Of a stretch of 58,190 bases of DNA, positions 19,326-28,460 are shown piece by piece. Made by a program: the position numbers and the translations under genes. The notes under the pieces were generated by a model. It was not told the origin of the DNA. It saw only the letters and a program-made list of their open reading frames with translations, and did no database searches. Numbering within the stretch: the first letter of the stretch is position 1; each line of letters begins with the position of its first letter. Origin of the DNA: an uncultured virus (IMG/VR IMGVR_UViG_3300027734_000046) (taxonomy: Duplodnaviria > Heunggongvirae > Uroviricota > Caudoviricetes); the IMG/VR virus record IMGVR_UViG_3300027734_000046, positions 62,001-120,190 of that record; one strand, given 5' to 3'.

Positions 19326-21137
19326 TTATTCTTGTTCTATTGCAAAAGAATCTTCCTGTAAAATCCAATAATAATTCTCCAAAAGAATTAGGTTTGCGTT
19401 TGATGGATAATACCTAGATACTTCGCTTATATAAATATTCTGTATATCTGTAAAATATAAATCACAGATATTAAATTTAAATTGAGATATACCCCCAATA
19501 AACGTTCCAGCAAAATTTTCTTGTATTGGTAAACCTAAATCATTTTGGTCTCTACCATCAAATGTTTGCGTTTCAATTAATCCCTGCGAACCGCCACCTA
19601 AACTAATGTTAAACGGAACACCAACTTGCTTTTCCATATGCTCTTCAAGCCTTCTTGCGATAAATTCACTAAAATTATTTACAGTAAATTTAAGCCTACC
19701 ATTAATATAAAACATCAACCTACCAGTTCTTGGTTTTTTATATTTAAAATCACAATCATCATAGTATTCATCCATTGTATATCGAATAACAACATTTGTC
19801 CATGCGTCATTCTGAACCATTCCGCTTGAAGAATAACCCTCTTGTATTGTTATTCCACTAACATAAGTTGTTCCAGAACATTGACCAGTCACACTTAAAA
19901 GCCTGTATCCAATACTACCATCATCTTTAATTCTAAACCCTAATGCGTTATCTAGGATATCTAATTTGTAATCTAAATTATCAAATTCAATTGATTCACT
20001 AAAACCAGAAAAACTACAAACAGTTTGATTACCAAATCCACTAGGATTAGAATTACCGCATGAATGACATCTTGTTGAACCACTACCAGCCCTACCATAT
20101 ATTAAAAACGGATTTTCTGTGTTAGTTATTACTGTTTTTGGTGTTGTAATAACTAATGGCCCACCAGAATAAGTACAAACAGTTTTGCTACCTAGACCGC
20201 TATGATTTACAGCACCGCACGAATGACATCTACTTGGACGCATTCCAGCTCTACCATAGATTAAAAATGGATTTGTAATATATTCGGTATTTACACTATC
20301 TGGATATAAAGATATCAACTCACCACTCGCACCAGTAATAAAAATTTCTGGTTCTTTAGGTATTGTACACCAATCACTTAGTGTATCGGTACAACCAGCT
20401 GGGACGGTACAACCACTGGTACAACCAGTATCAGCACCCTCAAACAAATTCCAAAATTTATTTTCAGCACGCGTACCCATATAAAAGAAAAATCCTTTAT
20501 TGTTCGGGTATGTGTCATTTAATATTGTATCTGTATAACCAGAACACTGGTCTTCTTGTTTTTTTAACCAAAATTGTGCGGCCCAAGCCTTATTTACTCT
20601 ATTTGGTAAAACATCATATGTTGAACCATCTATCTTATAATATCCCTGATAAAAACCACCACACATTTGAGCATAATCGCCACTATCGTCATTTAATATA
20701 TCTATTGGGTATATATAATCACCTGTTGTACCTGTGACCCTATTAAGATGCAATCTGCTATCACCAGATGGGATAATCAGAGTTGTACCCGTTAATGCAG
20801 ATAAAATAGCTTGATTTGTTGGGTCTGATGGATTTTTTTCAAAGGTTACCAATCCATTATCAATACCTGTAATACCTATCGTACTAAAAGTATATCCAGT
20901 ATTTGTTGCACCAGTCCAATAATATAGACTTGAAATCGTATTTGCGGATGTTGAACCTGAAGAATATATTGCTGGTTCATTAAAATCAAACCAAACAACA
21001 GCACATTCACCAGTTATGGGAATATTGGGTATCAACGATTGATTATCATCGTCATTTGCTAGATAAAAATCCCAATAATCGCTATTAGATAATCTTAAAT
21101 CCAGCTTTTTATACTTATAGTTTTTTATGTTTCCCAT
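19326..21137 (-). CDS. Probable virion protein, ConA/LamG-like C-terminus, Cys-rich duplicated insert
   Basis: WTNVVI...LMFYING...F.GGISQFKF LamG-like pattern; duplicated NPFLIYGRAG...RCHSCG; C-terminal LILLENxxWILQED motif. Confidence 0.55.
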   Translation of the reverse strand: MGNIKNYKYKKLDLRLSNSDYWDFYLANDDDNQSLIPNIPITGECAVVWFDFNEPAIYSSGSTSANTISSLYYWTGATNTGYTFSTIGITGIDNGLVTFEKNPSDPTNQAILSALTGTTLIIPSGDSRLHLNRVTGTTGDYIYPIDILNDDSGDYAQMCGGFYQGYYKIDGSTYDVLPNRVNKAWAAQFWLKKQEDQCSGYTDTILNDTYPNNKGFFFYMGTRAENKFWNLFEGADTGCTSGCTVPAGCTDTLSDWCTIPKEPEIFITGASGELISLYPDSVNTEYITNPFLIYGRAGMRPSRCHSCGAVNHSGLGSKTVCTYSGGPLVITTPKTVITNTENPFLIYGRAGSGSTRCHSCGNSNPSGFGNQTVCSFSGFSESIEFDNLDYKLDILDNALGFRIKDDGSIGYRLLSVTGQCSGTTYVSGITIQEGYSSSGMVQNDAWTNVVIRYTMDEYYDDCDFKYKKPRTGRLMFYINGRLKFTVNNFSEFIARRLEEHMEKQVGVPFNISLGGGSQGLIETQTFDGRDQNDLGLPIQENFAGTFIGGISQFKFNICDLYFTDIQNIYISEVSRYYPSNANLILLENYYWILQEDSFAIEQE

Positions 21138-21160
21138 TATAATATATAAATATCAATTTT

Positions 21161-22864
21161 TTATCTAGCCTTCAATTCTTTTATTTTTATTTCCAAGTCA
21201 TTAATTTTAATTAATGCCTCTTGAAGAGATTTTACCGTTAATGCTAAAATACCATCATAATCTAAACCATAAACACCATCCTTTTTTTCACCATCACCCA
21301 AAACCAACTCTGGCGTGGTTTCTAAAACGTCTTGTGCTATAAATCCATGTCTTTTAATACCAACATATTTGTTAAATTCAAATTTTGCTGGTTTTAATTG
21401 TAAAATAATTGATGAGCTATCACCTGAAATGTATTCAATATTATTTTTTAATCTTTTGTCTGAGGTTCCACCACCTGGTGTACTTAATACGCCAGCATCC
21501 GTTAATGAAAAAATAAGACTTTTATACCCATCATCAATGATTTCTATGTCACCAGCAAGATTAAGTCTAAATGTTTTTGATGCCTTTGCCGCACCAAGTG
21601 CCGTGTTTGTAACACTTATAAAATCAACATAATCGGTACCACCAATTGTATTACTACCGCTGATATCAATAAATGCGTTTGCAGGACTACCATTAGTTAT
21701 TACACTACCTTTACCTGATAATATAGTACTAGCAATACCACTAAAACCACCGCTAACAGTATTATTCACATAAGCATCACCTTTTACGACCAATTTAGAG
21801 CCGTCCCATGTTAAATTAGCACTAGTTGCTGTTTTGCTAGGTGTAATTTGATAAAGTATTCTATTGTCCGTACCACTTTCACTTACTATGTTAGTTGCTA
21901 ACGAAGCAGTTCCGTCTAAAGAACCTATCACTGTTGTGGCACTTATTGTATTTGCTGTTAAACCACCAGTAAATATTGTTCGACCACTTACAGTACCCCC
22001 ACTTAATGGTAGATAAGCACCTGATGCAGATGAACTACCTGTATACGCAGACAGGCTTATTGTAAACGCTGAATATCCATCAGCCCTATTTTGTCTTAAC
22101 GTTATTGTATTTGAACTTAACGTAAACCCTGTTACAAAAGTATCTGCTGTTACAGGTAAATTAAGATATGTTGTTGCGGATATACTTGCAGCCGTTAAAC
22201 CACTAACTATTCTTGTATCACCACTAACATCTAGTGTGAACTGAGGTGAAGTGGTTAATATACCCAACCTACCACCACTAGTATTGGTAAACCTAGCTAT
22301 TGCCGTAGTATGACCCCATATATCCACAAAATTTTGATTGCCACCACCAATCCTTAAAGTACTACTATCAATCGATTTAAGAACAACCATTTGTGCATAG
22401 TCTGTTGGCCTTAAAAAAGATATGCCACCAGAATCAGAATTAATTGTTAATCCATCAGGTATATTACCGCCACTATATGAACCAACGGTTGGCGTTGTTC
22501 CAATTAATACTCTACCACCAGAACTATTTGCTAATCTAGTTGTTCCAGAAGAAGTTAATTGACCACTAACAGTTAATCCACTCATACTGTTAATAGTTGC
22601 TGAGAATGTAACACCACTCTCAACTATTGAAAATGTATTATTTGTTGTCGTATAACTAAAAGAAGTTATTGAACCACCACCTCCACTAGTACTTCCAGAA
22701 CTAGATACATTACTCCAAAGATTACTACCATTTTTATTGATATATATTGTACCAGTACTTTTATCTGTAAACAAAGTTCCTATTGGCGCTAAATGCGTCG
22801 GTACACCAAGTCCACTTTGTATTGAACCTGAATTTAAACCATCCTCTCTTATTTCTATTGCCAT
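21161..22864 (-). CDS. Tail fibre with C-terminal peptidase S74 intramolecular chaperone
   Basis: SDKRLKNNI...LKPAKFEF...HGFIAQDV...PELV...LDYDGILALTVKSLQE followed by a coiled coil. Confidence 0.9.
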   Translation of the reverse strand: MAIEIREDGLNSGSIQSGLGVPTHLAPIGTLFTDKSTGTIYINKNGSNLWSNVSSSGSTSGGGGSITSFSYTTTNNTFSIVESGVTFSATINSMSGLTVSGQLTSSGTTRLANSSGGRVLIGTTPTVGSYSGGNIPDGLTINSDSGGISFLRPTDYAQMVVLKSIDSSTLRIGGGNQNFVDIWGHTTAIARFTNTSGGRLGILTTSPQFTLDVSGDTRIVSGLTAASISATTYLNLPVTADTFVTGFTLSSNTITLRQNRADGYSAFTISLSAYTGSSSASGAYLPLSGGTVSGRTIFTGGLTANTISATTVIGSLDGTASLATNIVSESGTDNRILYQITPSKTATSANLTWDGSKLVVKGDAYVNNTVSGGFSGIASTILSGKGSVITNGSPANAFIDISGSNTIGGTDYVDFISVTNTALGAAKASKTFRLNLAGDIEIIDDGYKSLIFSLTDAGVLSTPGGGTSDKRLKNNIEYISGDSSSIILQLKPAKFEFNKYVGIKRHGFIAQDVLETTPELVLGDGEKKDGVYGLDYDGILALTVKSLQEALIKINDLEIKIKELKAR

Positions 22865-22870
22865 TATATA

Positions 22871-24070
22871 TTAAAATGATTCTAAATTTATTCTTTTCCA
22901 GCCATTTTCTGTTTTTAAATACAGATAATTCTCATCTCTTGTAAGGTTACCTAAATCACCCGATAAATCTTGTGATGATATTGGTGTAAATGCTGGGATG
23001 ATTAAACCGTTTGGTTTTAAATTTGTATTTGTTGTCCAATCACCGTTTTCATCTGTTTCTAAAAATGCGTTTTGGTTATCAGCAATTGCATGTAAAACAA
23101 TAATACCACCACCAATCGATGTTTGATGATTACCATTATAGTTTAATTCAATATTATTATCTTCAGCAACAACGGTTTGTGTGTTTAAACTCTCTCTATT
23201 TACATTTATTGTAACATCACCATTTACCAATTCTTTTATTGCTTCAACCAATAATGCTGTAACATCTTTATAATGAACGCTCATATATTTACCATCGTTA
23301 TGCGTTAACTCTGGAACAACCTCATTTACCTCCTGCGCAATAAAACCTATTTTTGTTGCGTTTCCACCGCTATTTCTATCTTTCCAATTAAATGTTACAC
23401 CCCTAAGGTTTAACACTTTATTTAATGCATCATCAATATTGTTGATATTTTCTTTTAGACTAACATCTGATGCATTATTCACCAAGAAACCATTTGCATC
23501 AATACCAACGTCAATTGTGCCTGGGCCCGAACCTAGATTTGTTATTACCATTCTTTCAGTTCTAGTGATGCCAGAGACATCAACCCAAATTGTCCTACCA
23601 GTATAATCTAGTGTACCAGCACTTAAATAAGTCAAAAGTGACGTTGTTACGGTACCTGTAAAAACACCAGCTGACGGACTAACACAAATTTGTGGTGTGA
23701 TATCAAAACTAACACCTGAATAGTTTAAGTAATATCTATTTCCATCGGTAGTCCCACTTGTATTACCCGTATATACTTGACCAGTATTTTGTGTTAAACC
23801 ACTATTTGTACTTGTTATTGCTGATATACGCGAGTTAGCAATATTCATTTTTGTATCATACCAAGTAAAAACTGTAACGCCAGTATTACCTGAAAAAGTG
23901 CTAAGAACACCAGATACAGTTGAAGTAGCAGCCGTTGTTATTAAATCTGGGCCTGTAGTTAAAGAGCTAAAAGTAACACCAAATGCGGTTCCACCAGATA
24001 AAACACTAAATGTTTCTGGTTGTTGTTTTACCTGTCTTGTTGAAAAATCTAATTTTGTTCTAAATTCCAT
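22871..24070 (-). CDS. Fibre protein with internal S74 chaperone domain and extra C-terminal domain
   Basis: SDVSLKENI...LRGVTFNWK...IGFIAQEV...VPEL...LLVEAIKEL, followed by ~115 further residues. Confidence 0.85.
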   Translation of the reverse strand: MEFRTKLDFSTRQVKQQPETFSVLSGGTAFGVTFSSLTTGPDLITTAATSTVSGVLSTFSGNTGVTVFTWYDTKMNIANSRISAITSTNSGLTQNTGQVYTGNTSGTTDGNRYYLNYSGVSFDITPQICVSPSAGVFTGTVTTSLLTYLSAGTLDYTGRTIWVDVSGITRTERMVITNLGSGPGTIDVGIDANGFLVNNASDVSLKENINNIDDALNKVLNLRGVTFNWKDRNSGGNATKIGFIAQEVNEVVPELTHNDGKYMSVHYKDVTALLVEAIKELVNGDVTINVNRESLNTQTVVAEDNNIELNYNGNHQTSIGGGIIVLHAIADNQNAFLETDENGDWTTNTNLKPNGLIIPAFTPISSQDLSGDLGNLTRDENYLYLKTENGWKRINLESF

Positions 24071-24079
24071 TTTTATTGG

Positions 24080-24123
24080 TTTTATAATAAATATTCTACG
24101 TTTCTAATATATTTATTATAAAA
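24080..24123. promoter_or_regulatory. Divergent promoter pair: perfect 15-bp inverted repeat ATATTTATTATAAAA
   Basis: Copies at 24080-24094 (minus) and 24109-24123 (plus), each ending 9 nt before its ATG (24070 and 24133). Confidence 0.75.
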
Positions 24124-24132
24124 GAATTATTT

Positions 24133-24603
24133 ATGCCTATTATTAAAAAACATGAATTAGAAGAACTTGTTGGCGGCGATGGCGAGGTTATTGGTGGTGA
24201 TAGAAATGTTACTAGCAATTCAGAAATTGAGACAGGTCCAGTACAAAAACCATGGAACGACAATTCCGATTACGAAAAAGGGATGTCAACGACTACCGAT
24301 AGAGCTACAAGATATAGACAAAATATCCCATGGTTTGCCGTTTATAGCTATCGCAGCTCAAGTGGTCGTGGATTACCAATAAACGAAACAAATAAAAAAG
24401 TCAAAAAAAAGAGTCAAATAGAAGAAGAAATCATGGAAGATTTAGTTAAAAAGTCAAAAAAAGACCATGATATGATAGAAAAAAACTTTGACGCTAAAGT
24501 TGAAAAAATGGTTGATACAATAGAAGATATTGATTTAAGCAAGGAACAGTTAAATAAAATAAAAACTGCAATCATTAATAAAATAAAAAATAAAGATGCC
24601 TAA
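24133..24603 (+). CDS. Hypothetical phage protein
   Basis: 156-aa ORF behind the ATATTTAT motif; charged helical C-terminus. Confidence 0.75.
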   Translation: MPIIKKHELEELVGGDGEVIGGDRNVTSNSEIETGPVQKPWNDNSDYEKGMSTTTDRATRYRQNIPWFAVYSYRSSSGRGLPINETNKKVKKKSQIEEEIMEDLVKKSKKDHDMIEKNFDAKVEKMVDTIEDIDLSKEQLNKIKTAIINKIKNKDA

Positions 24604-25051
24604 TTCCGATTTAAAAGATAAAATATATAATGTACCTGCCCAACATCAAAATTTTTTGGGACAGACAATATCATATCATAATCTTAAAATGACAAAAACT
24701 AGGCTAAACCAAGCAAAGAAAGATAAAAACCAACAAGAATTTAATAGAAAGGGTGGTGAAAACGTATTACAGTGGGTAAACAATACATTAAAAACTGACC
24801 GAGACGCTATTTATAATAAGAAAAAAACTGGTATGGATGCTGGAAGAGAAAACGAGTTTATAAAAGACCACGAAAAAGATAAAAGCGCTAACGCAACAAA
24901 AGTTGGTGGTGTACCAAAAATAACAAAAGGTAGCGTGTTTAGAAAAATAATGACTAACAAAGAAGTATATAATGAATCCGTTAATAAAGAAATCAAGGAT
25001 ATTTTATATTTAATGGAGTACATGAATAACAATAAAAAAGAAAATTTATAA
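24596..25051 (+). CDS. Hypothetical phage protein
   Basis: 151-aa Lys-rich ORF overlapping the previous gene. Confidence 0.75.
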   Translation: MPNSDLKDKIYNVPAQHQNFLGQTISYHNLKMTKTRLNQAKKDKNQQEFNRKGGENVLQWVNNTLKTDRDAIYNKKKTGMDAGRENEFIKDHEKDKSANATKVGGVPKITKGSVFRKIMTNKEVYNESVNKEIKDILYLMEYMNNNKKENL

Positions 25052-25054
25052 ATT

Positions 25055-25468
25055 ATGCCAAGTAATTACATTCCAAGACCCGTTCCTGGACAAAATGTCG
25101 GAGGTCAATCTGATATGGAATACGCAGCTATTCTTCAAAGAAATACCTTGATTCCTATTAATACTTATAATAGTTATGCTTCCGCAAACCAATACGGTCT
25201 TACACACACTAGAGCTATAACTGATAACCAAACACCAAACGCTGGTAGAGGTACTGGCGTTTTTTTAGATATCAATAATTATGGTGCTGGTTTAGATTGG
25301 GACAAATTAGGTAACCCACAACCAGGAAGTATCGTAGGTGCTGGTGCTGGCAGATTGCCGTCATTAACATACAATAACGCAACTTGGGGTATGGGACCAG
25401 TCGCAATAGGGATGACAAACTATGCACCACCAAATACGGCACTAAACATTGGTCAAGTAATAATATAA
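25055..25468 (+). CDS. Hypothetical protein (possible virion component)
   Basis: 137-aa G/N/P-rich ORF tightly packed in the operon. Confidence 0.7.
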   Translation: MPSNYIPRPVPGQNVGGQSDMEYAAILQRNTLIPINTYNSYASANQYGLTHTRAITDNQTPNAGRGTGVFLDINNYGAGLDWDKLGNPQPGSIVGAGAGRLPSLTYNNATWGMGPVAIGMTNYAPPNTALNIGQVII

Positions 25469-25469
25469 T

Positions 25470-25898
25470 ATGAAACTTTACAATTTATTTGAAGAGATTA
25501 TATTAGAAGAGAAAAGGTTATTAGCTGAAAATGTTAGTGACCAAGAAATAAATGATGCAATTAAAGGAAAATACAACATAAATATACTTTATGATGATTA
25601 TCCAGATGTTGTACCATCAGTCGCACCTAGCAAAAGATATATACAAGTATATAATCTTGCTGAAACAAAAGCTGGTAACAAAGCAATAAGAGCATTTCAA
25701 ATTTTTGGTGGTTCAAAAACAACACCAAAACAGGGTGCGTGGAAAATATTTAGATTAGACAGAATACGCGGTTGGTTTCCGACAAAAATGAAATTTTATA
25801 ACCCAGTTTCTGATTTAGACGCAAATATTCCTACGTACAATAAAAATGGTGACAGAGCAATGTCACGCGTTATAAATAAAGTAGAATTTAATAGATAA
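25470..25898 (+). CDS. Stand-alone WYL-domain protein
   Basis: INILY...KRYIQVYNL...AIRAFQ...WKIFRLDRI matches the WYL fold signature; no HTH domain. Confidence 0.7.
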   Translation: MKLYNLFEEIILEEKRLLAENVSDQEINDAIKGKYNINILYDDYPDVVPSVAPSKRYIQVYNLAETKAGNKAIRAFQIFGGSKTTPKQGAWKIFRLDRIRGWFPTKMKFYNPVSDLDANIPTYNKNGDRAMSRVINKVEFNR

Positions 25899-25903
25899 TT
25901 TTT

Positions 25904-26476
25904 ATGGATGCACCACAACCAGTAGATTTAAATAAATTAAAAAACATTCTTGGAAATGCCAAGGCTGTAATGAATAAGGTTGAAAACAATAGTTTTAAAA
26001 CGGGGAATATTAATGGGCGAGCGTTAACAGAAGAAGGCGTAGCTGAATTACAGTCAGAAGGGGTTAGGCCAGTATCTACATCGCCCATGACATATAATGA
26101 GGAAATGATTAAGAATTCTAAATTACCAGCAGCAATTAAAAAGGCGATGCTAGAAAACCCAATTCCACAATTATCTGGACCAAGCCATACATTTAATATA
26201 AACGACGTATCTGACTTGATTGACGAAAAACCAATGCCATATCCTAAAGCACCTAAAACAAAAGTTGTCAACGAAACATATAGCAATAATAAGTCAGATA
26301 CAATTACTATAAGCAAATCTGATTTAAAAGAGATGGTTAATGATTTGGTTAATGAAAAATTATTAGAGTTTTTTGTTAAAAACCACAATAAATCAGTTAC
26401 TGAAGACGCTGTTAAAAGAACAATTACAACCCTGATAAAAGAAGGTAAAATACAACAAAAGAAAAGAACACTATAA
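25904..26476 (+). CDS. Hypothetical phage protein
   Basis: 190-aa ORF, last gene before a terminator. Confidence 0.75.
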   Translation: MDAPQPVDLNKLKNILGNAKAVMNKVENNSFKTGNINGRALTEEGVAELQSEGVRPVSTSPMTYNEEMIKNSKLPAAIKKAMLENPIPQLSGPSHTFNINDVSDLIDEKPMPYPKAPKTKVVNETYSNNKSDTITISKSDLKEMVNDLVNEKLLEFFVKNHNKSVTEDAVKRTITTLIKEGKIQQKKRTL

Positions 26477-26496
26477 CAATAAAAAAATATTTTATT

Positions 26497-26523
26497 AAAA
26501 GGGGATTAATTTCCCCTTTTTTT
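26497..26523 (+). terminator. Rho-independent terminator
   Basis: AAAAGGGGA-ttaatt-TCCCCTTTT followed by further Ts. Confidence 0.85.
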
Positions 26524-26524
26524 A

Positions 26525-26552
26525 TTGACTAATATTACATATTCATTATTAT
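26525..26552 (+). promoter_or_regulatory. Sigma70-like promoter
   Basis: TTGACT-16 nt-TATTAT upstream of 26582, directly after the terminator. Confidence 0.5.
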
Positions 26553-26581
26553 TAACTCATAATTACATTTAAAAAATTAAT

Positions 26582-27847
26582 ATGAGTAAAATTAAAGTTT
26601 TAGTAGTACCCTCTGACCGTACTGGTGTCGGATACTTTAGAAGCACAAAACCACACATTGCATTAGAAGAAAAATACCCCGACGAATTTCATGTCGATAT
26701 CGAGTATGAACCAGAGTTAAACAATGACGAATGGTTAAAACAATACGATGTTATACATTATCATAGAACCCTAGGTGCTTACGAACAACAAGAAGCCCTA
26801 TTAAATAAATTGGATAATTTAGGTATTGCAACAATAATGGATTTAGATGATTATTGGTCACCTGGCCAACATCATCCAGCTTTTTTATTGATTAAAAATA
26901 GCGGTTTAGATAAAATGATTTTGAATAATATTAGAATTGCTAAAAATGTAACAACAACAACTAGTATATTTGCTGAAGAAATTGCAAAATATAACAAAAA
27001 TGTTTATGTTTTACCAAATGCAATTGACCCGAATGAAAAACAATATACCCCAACGCCAGAAAAAAGCGATAGATTAAGAATTGGATGGCTTGGTGGTAGT
27101 AGCCATTTAAAAGATTTAGAAATATTAAAAGGAGTTGTTGGTAGATTGCACAATGACGGATTGTTAGATAAAGTTCAATTTGTTTTGTGTGGTTATGATT
27201 TAAGAGGAACAATGACCATTATTGATGAGCAAACTGGTCAACAAACACAAAGACCAATTAAACCAACAGAAAGTGTTTGGTATCATTACGAAAGAATTTT
27301 TACAGAAGACTACACAACGGTCAGCCCAGAATATAAAGAATTTTTATTAAAATTCAAAAATGAGGAATATCCTAATGTTGCAAATGAACCATACAGAAGA
27401 GTTTGGACAAAACCGATTAGTAGCTACGCCTCAAATTATAATTTATTCGATATATCATTAGCACCAATTGAAGAAAATATTTTTAATAAAGTTAAAAGCC
27501 AACTTAAAGTTATCGAAGCTGGGTTTCATAAGAAAGCTTTAATCGCACAAGATTTTGGTCCGTATCAGATAGACGTTAAAAGCGCACATCAATTTGGTGG
27601 TGGTTGGGACAAAAATGGCAACGGTATACTGATTGAAACAAATAAAAATCATAAAGATTGGTACAAGTTTATTAAAAAATTAATACTAGAACCAGAATTA
27701 GTTCAACAACTAAGTGAAAACCTGCACAATACAATTAAAGATTTATATTCTGTTGGAGCGGTTAGCGATAGCAGACGTGATTTATATAAAAAACTGAAAT
27801 CACAAATGGATGAAAAACAATCAGCTAAAAAAATGGTTTTAAATTAG
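26582..27847 (+). CDS. GT-B fold glycosyltransferase (GT4-like)
   Basis: TGVGYFRS..P, MDLDDYW, VLPNAID, RIGWLGGSSHLKDL, DISLAPI...FNKVKSQLKVIEAG. Confidence 0.85.
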   Translation: MSKIKVLVVPSDRTGVGYFRSTKPHIALEEKYPDEFHVDIEYEPELNNDEWLKQYDVIHYHRTLGAYEQQEALLNKLDNLGIATIMDLDDYWSPGQHHPAFLLIKNSGLDKMILNNIRIAKNVTTTTSIFAEEIAKYNKNVYVLPNAIDPNEKQYTPTPEKSDRLRIGWLGGSSHLKDLEILKGVVGRLHNDGLLDKVQFVLCGYDLRGTMTIIDEQTGQQTQRPIKPTESVWYHYERIFTEDYTTVSPEYKEFLLKFKNEEYPNVANEPYRRVWTKPISSYASNYNLFDISLAPIEENIFNKVKSQLKVIEAGFHKKALIAQDFGPYQIDVKSAHQFGGGWDKNGNGILIETNKNHKDWYKFIKKLILEPELVQQLSENLHNTIKDLYSVGAVSDSRRDLYKKLKSQMDEKQSAKKMVLN

Positions 27848-27875
27848 ACTTTTTAATTTGTTTTTGGTATATTTG
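27845..27875 (+). promoter_or_regulatory. Promoter containing Bacteroidota-type -7 box TAnnTTTG
   Basis: TAGACT-17 nt-TATATTTG (27868-27875), ending 8 nt before the ATG at 27884. Confidence 0.45.
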
Positions 27876-27883
27876 TAAAAAAT

Positions 27884-28459
27884 ATGAATATGATTAAACA
27901 AGAACAAATTGTAAAAAACACTAAAAAGTATTTTCAAACAGCTCAAGAACAAGGATTTATGACTGAAGAGTTAATGTCTTTTTTAGGTGAAAATTTTATA
28001 AAAGCTCCAGCATCAACAATGTTGGATTTACATAATGCGTTTGAAGGTGGTCTAATTGACCATCTTTTGCGTGTTACAAAATATGCTGTTTCAATCAATG
28101 AAACAATTCTACCCGAAAATCTAAAACTACAGAAGAAAGACATCATTAAAGTTTGCTTTTTACATCAAATAGGTAAAGCACATCTTTATACCCCATGCAC
28201 TTCTGATTGGCATGTTAAAAATCAAGGAAAAATGTACGACTTTAATGATAACCTAACTTCAATGCGTGTTGGTGAGCGTTCAGCACATTACGCATTAAAT
28301 AATGGGGTTACACTCACCGAAGAAGAATATCAAGCAATTATAAATTTTGATAAGGATGATAGCGATAAGCAAGCAAAATATCATAATTCTTTATTAGGTG
28401 ACTTATTAAAGATGGCTAATCAATTGGCGATAACAGAAGAAAAAAATCAAAAAAATTAA
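27884..28459 (+). CDS. HD-domain (YhaM-like) protein with degenerate HD motif
   Basis: APAS...HNAFEGGLIDHLLRV...FLHQIGK (HD replaced by HQ). Confidence 0.75.
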   Translation: MNMIKQEQIVKNTKKYFQTAQEQGFMTEELMSFLGENFIKAPASTMLDLHNAFEGGLIDHLLRVTKYAVSINETILPENLKLQKKDIIKVCFLHQIGKAHLYTPCTSDWHVKNQGKMYDFNDNLTSMRVGERSAHYALNNGVTLTEEEYQAIINFDKDDSDKQAKYHNSLLGDLLKMANQLAITEEKNQKN

Positions 28460-28460
28460 T

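Noticed and set aside
7857..22150. Diversity-generating retroelement TR/VR pair among the repeated segments
   Set aside because: No reverse transcriptase in the window; all repeat copies are in coding frames and differ mostly at synonymous positions, not specifically at adenines.
2046..24107. Many plus-strand ORFs antisense to the fibre genes (e.g. 2046-2618, 7043-7456, 16987-17484)
   Set aside because: Shadow frames produced by the Gly/Thr/Ser codon bias of the real minus-strand genes; P/V/L-rich translations with no domains.
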